NCBI GenBank assembly: GCA_951406725.2
Contig: OX597823.1
Coordinates: 50,964,001-51,028,000 of the forward strand
Source of the DNA: Octopus vulgaris
Taxonomy: Eukaryota
Direction of reading: 5' to 3'
Length of the DNA stretch: 64,000 nucleotides
Shown here in pieces: positions 56,687 through 64,000 of this stretch. Below the pieces are notes generated by a model. The model was not told where the DNA came from. It saw nothing but the letters and a program-made list of their open reading frames with translations, and searched no databases. Within the stretch, counting starts at the first letter, position 1. Each line of letters begins with the position of its first letter. Position numbers and translations under genes: made by a program.

Positions 56687-56979
56687 AATATGAGAGAGTT
56701 AACTAAAGAGAAGTAGTAAATTTCAATATAAGGAGTTACTTTGGAAACGGATGGATATAAGAAGTATAAAGGGAAATAAGAGAATAAAAATACAAGTATA
56801 AATATATGTAGGATTTTACAATTGCAGTTCCATTATCCACTATACATCAATTGAAGAAAGTTAAAACATGGTCTGGTTTTCACGTCTTTTATTATTGTAT
56901 TTTTAAAAGATATGAATTCTTTTACAATGCTGAAGTGCATTAAACATTAAAAAAAGGTTGTGTAATGTTCATAACGTTC

Positions 56980-57017
56980 AATTAGCGCTTTCGTACGTTC
57001 GTAGTAATCATCAGATT
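56980..57017 (-). ncRNA. Type I minimal hammerhead ribozyme
   Basis: AAT-CTGATGA-ttac TACG aa CGTA c-GAAA-GCGC-T-A-ATT. Same family as 23978-24015. Confidence 0.7.
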
Positions 57018-57159
57018 TGAAAATGTATTTAACTGGCAGTTGGGTTTTTGAAAATTGTAGTAAAATGAGTGACTTCTTCCTTTTTGTACCTCTTAGAAGG
57101 CTCCAACAAGCCGAATTTTTGGAATATGGATTTGACCAGTCCGCATGCAGCTTAAACAT

Positions 57160-57350
57160 CACAGTTTGTTTAAGAGTTGAAAGAAGGCAGTCTGGGTCAA
57201 ATGCTTCTTTTGGCTGTCTCTACACGTATATTCGGCCGGTGGTCGGAAATAAGGTAACGGATGACTCGTCTGAGAAAATAGCATTCTTCCATTGCTCTAA
57301 GGACCAATTCTGCAGGTTTTTACTCCACTCTAAACGCTTTGCAAGTCATA
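57160..57350 (-). mobile_element. Tc1 transposase fragment
   Basis: Minus strand WSLEQWKNAIFSDESSVTLFPTTGRIYV*RQPKEAFDPDCL. Confidence 0.8.
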
Positions 57351-57559
57351 AGAAGTGGTTGGTGCTCAAGATTATCACCTCTCTGGGTATTTCGATTTTC
57401 ATTTAACATTATTTGATTCACATGTCCTACTTTTGACAACAGAGCACGATCACAAATAATACATATCCAATGTTCACTGTTGTTTTCAGTTCCAGTTGCT
57501 CCTTTGCGACAGGCCCTTTTAAATTCAGAGTGCTGAATTATCTTTTCCTCTCAGGCATT

Positions 57560-57985
57560 GCAACCAGTCCTAACAGCACATTTCCTCTTGTTCCGATCTA
57601 GAACATCAATTTCCCAATCGCTTTCATTCATATTTAGTGTCTTCAGGTTTTCCCTTCACACAGACTTTATACCTTTTCATCGGCTTATGCTGTGGCCGCA
57701 TGCCAGAGCTGAGATCATCATAAATAAGACGCTTTGGCGATCGCTCATTTTTCTTTCTCATATTATATACAGTCCATCTCAATTTGAGTCAAGACAACAT
57801 GTTCGACTGAGTTAAAAAGTGACATGTGCAAAACTTCTGGTATGAAACAATTCCACTTGACTCCCAAGATGCATCTGAGGTACTTTTGGTGGAATCTCTC
57901 CAGCATTTCCAGATGACGCCTGCAAGTGGTCCACGTCTCACTCGAATTAAGTAGTGCAGTCAATATACGCGTTTTATAGACACTG
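57560..57985 (-). mobile_element. RTE-clade LINE fragment
   Basis: LLNSSETWTTCRRHLEMLERFHQKYLRCILGVKW is the canonical RTE post-RT motif. Confidence 0.85.
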
Positions 57986-58076
57986 GTTTACATATGAATG
58001 TATGTATGTATGTATGTATGTATGTATGTATGTATGTATGTATGTATGTATGTATGTGTGTGTGTATGTATGTATG

Positions 58077-58152
<76 letters not shown>

Positions 58153-58157
58153 TGTAT

Positions 58158-58384
58158 AGGCGGAGAGCTGGCAGACACGTTAGCGCACCGGGCGAAATGC
58201 TCAGCGTTATTTCGTCTGTCGTTACGTTCTGAGTTCAAATTCCGCCGAGGTCGACTTTGCCTTTCATACATTCGGGATCGATAAATAAAGTACCAGTTTC
58301 GCACTGGGGTCGATGTAATCGGCTTAAGCCCTTTGTCTGTCCTTGTTTTTCCCCTCTATGTTTAGCCCCTTGTGGGCAATAAAG

Positions 58385-58388
<4 letters not shown>
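58158..58388 (+). mobile_element. SINE family A monomer
   Basis: As 49662-49892, between (TA)n tracts. Confidence 0.92.
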
Positions 58389-58436
<48 letters not shown>

Positions 58437-58727
58437 GTATATTATATATGTACAAGCGGGATCGTAAATAGTTCATGGAATTAATAGTAAACTTATTGGG
58501 TTATTTCTGAAAACTTTATCCAAAATTACCTCAAAGCGTAGCCTGTGTCTTGTCTGTATGGAAAGATAGTCGCCCATCTGCTACTCATTGAAAAGTGAAG
58601 GACATTAGAATACAATGATTACATAATGCACTTTATATATACACTTTATGCACATGTACAGACTTAATACTCAGTGCCCATAGAATAAATATTTACTCTT
58701 ATTTTTCCATTTTTCCAATTAGTAAAC

Positions 58728-58838
<111 letters not shown>

Positions 58839-58854
58839 TAATAATAACAATAAT

Positions 58855-58963
58855 TGTGATGCATGTGCCTGGTGTACCCTTATCAGACGGGTAGTCATGA
58901 TGGGTATACTGGGCTTCGTATATTTTACCTCAGTGTCACTTTGATGGCATGCGCTGCTCTCTC

Positions 58964-58965
<2 letters not shown>
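58855..58965 (+). mobile_element. Family E 3' fragment within (AAT)n
   Basis: Matches the reverse complement of 19375-19485. Confidence 0.85.
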
Positions 58966-59059
<94 letters not shown>

Positions 59060-59354
59060 AAATAAGAAATAAGAAATAATTGACATTTTAAATTTTATCC
59101 GGTTACAATTTCATATCTAGAAAAAAAAGTTTATAGTGAAAAAAATTAATTTTAGATGTAAAATATAGGGGTCACAATTTCACGGGGGTAAAAATTTAGT
59201 GCAACATGGCATACTCTGAAAAACCATATCGTTGGTAATATATAATCCAAGATGATGGATCAGAGCCTATACACATTTCAATTTGCCTACAACTTTCAAT
59301 TCACCACCATTTCCTCCTCCACCACCTTCACCACCATCATCACCATCTCTGTCC

Positions 59355-59386
<32 letters not shown>

Positions 59387-59912
59387 CTCTGCCTTTCTTT
59401 AACCACACCACCAAAACATCACCCCACTCCCTGATAAAATTATATTCCTAAACCTCCTCCTCTATATCACTAACATTTTTAACCACGTAATAAACATTAT
59501 ATTTCCCCACCTCACTTCATGGCGTCATGGACACTTCTCATTCCCTCTCCGTCTATTTCTCTCTCCCACTTTTCTTTCTCCCTCCCACTCTCTCTCCCTC
59601 TCTCTCTCTTCGCCTTATCCACTCTCCTCACTCCTTTTGTTTTTTTCCGTATTGTTTTCTCTTTCCCTTCAACTAAATATGTAAAAGCGTTATGGACGGG
59701 CTAAGTAACGTACGAACAAGCAGAATTATTATAAGGTGATTGTGTGCACATCGATATATATTGCTATGTATACCCACGCACACACACACACACATACACA
59801 TTCATATACATGCACCCATAAATACACACATATACACACACGCCCGCACGTAGCCTTTTCTAAATCAAACATATTTAATGATATAACAGAAACAAAATAA
59901 ATGAATAAGAAA

Positions 59913-59965
<53 letters not shown>

Positions 59966-60595
59966 ATAATAATAATAATAATTGTATCATTATTTCATAG
60001 TAAATTGTATTTCATCGTAAATCTCATAGCAAATTTATTCTCATTTTAATAACCCCTTTGAAAATAGAGTACTATTTTTTTCTTCAGTTTTATGTCTTTG
60101 TATCTGTACTACAAACGGTAATTTTTTCTAGATCAAATGTTCCCAAATGCTTCTCCTTTCTCTCTCTCTCTCTTTCTCTCCCTCTCTCTCTCCTTCTCCC
60201 TCTCCTCTCTCTCTCTCTTTGTGTTTGTATGTCTGTGCGTGTACATGTGTGCGTGTGTGTGTGTATGTGAGTGCCGCGTGTGTGTATGTGTGTGTGCTGT
60301 GTGTATGTGTGTATACTGTGTGTGCTGTGTGTATGTGTGTATACTGTGTGTGCGTGTTGCTACCACAACGCTTGCAACCGGTGTTTGTTTCATTACGGCC
60401 CCGTAAATTTGTCGTTCGGCAAAAAGGAACGATAGACTAAGTATTAGAGTTTAAATAGAATAACAAACAGCTTAGTACTGGGTCGATTTATTCAACTAAA
60501 TCTCTTCAAGCAGCTAAGCCCCTCATGATTGCAGTTTAATGACTGAAAAGAAATAAGACACCTGTTTGTGTGTGTGTGTGTGAAACTGTCGATCC

Positions 60596-60671
<76 letters not shown>

Positions 60672-60698
60672 GTGTGTCTGTGTGTCTGTGTGTCTGTA

Positions 60699-60745
<47 letters not shown>

Positions 60746-61139
60746 ATATATATATATATATATATATATTGTCTTAGAAATACTTTCCGAGAACGTAGTC
60801 ATGAGCTCACTCTTACCTCCTCACACGTACACACCCATACACAAATTCAACCATTTTCATACTCATACATGCATAACTGTGACTGTATATACGCATGGTA
60901 TGTAATACGGGCGATATATATATGTATATAGATATATATATATTTTTATATATAAGAACTTAATATAATATTATATATATATAGAAAGGAATTTAATATA
61001 ATATTACATTGAGATATATATATCTTTTGTATTTTTGAAAATCAGGTTGAAACAGGGTACACAACATATACCCTGCTTCCGATACAATGACCTTGATTTT
61101 TAGTGCTATATGATCAGGACTTTGTATTTAGTACTAGTA

Positions 61140-61345
61140 AGAAGGCAAGCTGGCAGAATCGTTAGTACACCGGACAAAATGCTAAGCGACGTTTCGTACG
61201 TCTTTACATTCTGAGTTCAAATTCTGCTGATGTCGAATTTGCATTTCAAACGTAAGGGCTCGCTAAAAGAGTTCCAGTCAAGCGCCAAGTAATCACCTTA
61301 GTCTCATCTCTCAAATTCCTGGTCCTTTTGCCAAAATTTCAAACC
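61140..61345 (+). mobile_element. SINE family A, older copy
   Basis: GGCAAGCTGGCAGAATCGTTAG...TGAGTTCAAATTC. Confidence 0.8.
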
Positions 61346-61351
61346 AATACT

Positions 61352-61566
61352 CTTTTCTCTTTTACTCTTTTACTTGTTTCAGTCATTTGACTGTGGCCAT
61401 GCTGGAGCACCACCTTTAATCGATCAAATCGACTCCGGGACTTATTCTTTGTAAGCCCAGTACTTACTCTATCGGTCACTTTTGCCGAACCGCTAAGTAA
61501 CGGGGACGTAAACACACCAGCATCGGTTGTCAAGCAATGCTAGGGGGGACAAACACAGACGCACAA

Positions 61567-61617
<51 letters not shown>

Positions 61618-61765
61618 TACGACAGGCTTCTTTCAGTTTCCGTCTACCAAATCCACTCACAAGGCATTGGTCGGCCCGAGGCTATAGCAGAAGACACTTG
61701 CCCAAGATGCCACGCAGTGGGACTGAACCCGCAACCATGTGGTTGGTTAGCAAGCTACTTACCAC
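61352..61765 (-). mobile_element. SINE family B, young subfamily
   Basis: As 39435-39835. Confidence 0.92.
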
Positions 61766-62271
61766 ATCTTTTGTATTTAGGAAAATCAAGTGGAAAAGGG
61801 TGTATGTTACGCACCGTGTTTCATGTACCCTGTTACAATTATATACCCGAGATTTTAAAATTTGAATGGTCAGAATTCAGTACTTAGTATTAGCTGGTTC
61901 ATATGATACACACAAATCCGTATATACACACTTTCATATAATAACTAACGTACACACAAACACAGGCTACATGGAAACACACGTCTGTTCACATACTCAC
62001 AGATACATACGCAAATGTATACATTCGAAGTCATATAACACATATATGTATATATATTCTTTTGAGTACGCATGTGTGTGTATTTCTATACGCATGTTTG
62101 TGCTTTTGTTTTGAATATGACGCCTTCCACCGCCGCTAATCTGTCGTTTGTATTTCCTCGTATACATGCATGCAGCATGTATGTATGTATGTATGCATCT
62201 GCATACATATATATATATATATAATATATATATATACCTATATATGTGTATATATATATATATACATACAT

Positions 62272-62322
<51 letters not shown>

Positions 62323-62364
62323 ATACATACATGTATACATGCTTACATCTATAGGCACATTGAA

Positions 62365-62410
<46 letters not shown>

Positions 62411-62579
62411 ACATACATATGTGTGTGTACGCGTGGGTGCGTATGTACTGTGTATGCATTTACATGTGTGTATATGTGTGTGCATGTGTGTTGGAGGACG
62501 ACGCTACCATCTGGTTTGACACTGAGTTACACTTGAATGCTTTCCATAGAGAACTCTTCTCTCTCTCTCTCTCACTCAC

Positions 62580-62627
<48 letters not shown>

Positions 62628-63444
62628 AAATATACGAAAAAATTAAAAACTCAGAATAGCTGCAGATGGAGGCCAGATTGAATACAAAAAGAAGTACCCC
62701 CCCACTCCATAACACACAGACACAGAAAAATATACGCGCACATGCTTCTATGCGTACGTGTGAACAGACGCGTGTGTTCACGTGGTTTGTGTCTGTGTGT
62801 GCGTTTGTTTTTGTATGCAAAAGAGTTTAGCAGAGGTGACTGCTGTTACAGAGGCCAGATCATAGTATTTTATAAATTAAAGACTCACAATCGAAACAGG
62901 GGACATACAATATGTAATGTACTCTCTTTCCATGCCTTTTTTTTTATATATGTACCCGAAGGAATTATATTAAGCTATGGTTTGTTATTGGCGTTCCTTT
63001 ATATATCGTCGGTATGTATTATATATCTTGCAGATATGCAGGAAACGTCGCTGCTGTAGCTGTTTGTGAATGCTCGAGTTTCTTTGTTATTGTATACGTG
63101 TGTGCCAGTGTATGTAAGTGGGGTGCAAGCGTCTGCATGAGTATATATGTCTGTCCTTGAACAGCAGTGCCCATGTATGGCACAGCATACAGACGTTTTA
63201 AGCTACGGGCTGGTCGCTTTGACGACAACATTTTGCTTCTGATAAATTTAGATCCAGTTCAGATCTGAGCGAGCCGAACTATAATCAAAGGCATTTGAAC
63301 AGGAAACATCCCTTGGGCCGGGTTTATGTATGGTCCAAAATGGACCAAGGGCCGAGATAGGCCGCCAGCAAATGCACCCTAACGTATAGGAGAACACGCC
63401 TTTTAACACAGAGTTGAAGATTTAAAAAAAATTGTTTATAATAA

Positions 63445-64000
63445 TGGTTTCAAACTCTGCCACAAGGGCACCAATTTTGGGGAGGGGATGAATCGATTAC
63501 ATCGACTCCAGGGTTCAATTGGCACTTAATTTATCGACTTCGAAAAGATGGAAGACGAAGTCGACCCCGGTGGAATTTGAACTCAGAACGTAGCGGCAGA
63601 CGAAATGCCTATTTATTTACTACCCACAAGGGGCTAAACACAGAGGAGACAAACAAGGACAGACAGACGGATTAAGTCGATTATATCGACCCCAGAGCGT
63701 AACTGGTACTTAATTTATCGACCCCGAAAGTATGAAAGGAAAAGTCGACCTAGGCGGAATTTGAACTCAGAACATAACGGCAGACGAAATACCACTGAGC
63801 ATTTCGCCCGCCTTACATAATAATAATAATCCTTTCTACTATAGGCACAAGGCCTGAAATTTTGGGGAAGGAGACTAGCCAATTACATCGACCCCAGTGC
63901 GTAATTAGTACCTAATCTATCGACCCAGAAATGATTTATCAACACCGGCGGAATTTGAACTCACAAAGTAGCTGCAGACGAAATATCTATTTCTTTACTA
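63445..64000 (-). mobile_element. SINE family A dimer plus a further copy
   Basis: Reverse-complement cores at about 63500-63610, 63680-63810 and 63830-64000. Confidence 0.9.

Noticed and set aside
59070-59740. Possible second Helitron on the minus strand
   Set aside because: There is a TC-start-like end near 59739, but no matching 3' hairpin/CTAG terminus could be placed.

Overview
This is AT-rich, microsatellite-dense animal genomic DNA. The SINE families and the (TA)n/(TATC)n/(AAT)n/(CATA)n load look like an octopus or other coleoid cephalopod, which is an inference from repeat content. No host protein-coding gene can be supported, and almost all ORFs in the track are microsatellite read-throughs. 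The window is a mosaic of four tRNA-headed SINE families, truncated LINEs (Tx1/L1-like, RTE, CR1-like, RLE-type R4/Dong-like), decayed Tc1/mariner elements and a non-autonomous Helitron. The main signal is invisible in the ORF track: about 14 minimal type-I hammerhead ribozyme motifs (stem I-CUGANGA-stem II-GAAA-palindromic stem III-UH), about 9 of them well formed. They sit in short non-coding elements with Penelope-like architecture (inverted or partial tandem termini, (TA)n flanks), and 8 fall within 51.4-57.0 kb. One element joins a Pol III tRNA-like head to a hammerhead-bearing Penelope-like tail, with an inverted partial copy and a 13-bp target-site duplication (19126-21162). It is a candidate Penelope-mobilised SINE. 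Most coordinates were read by eye and may be off by a few bases.
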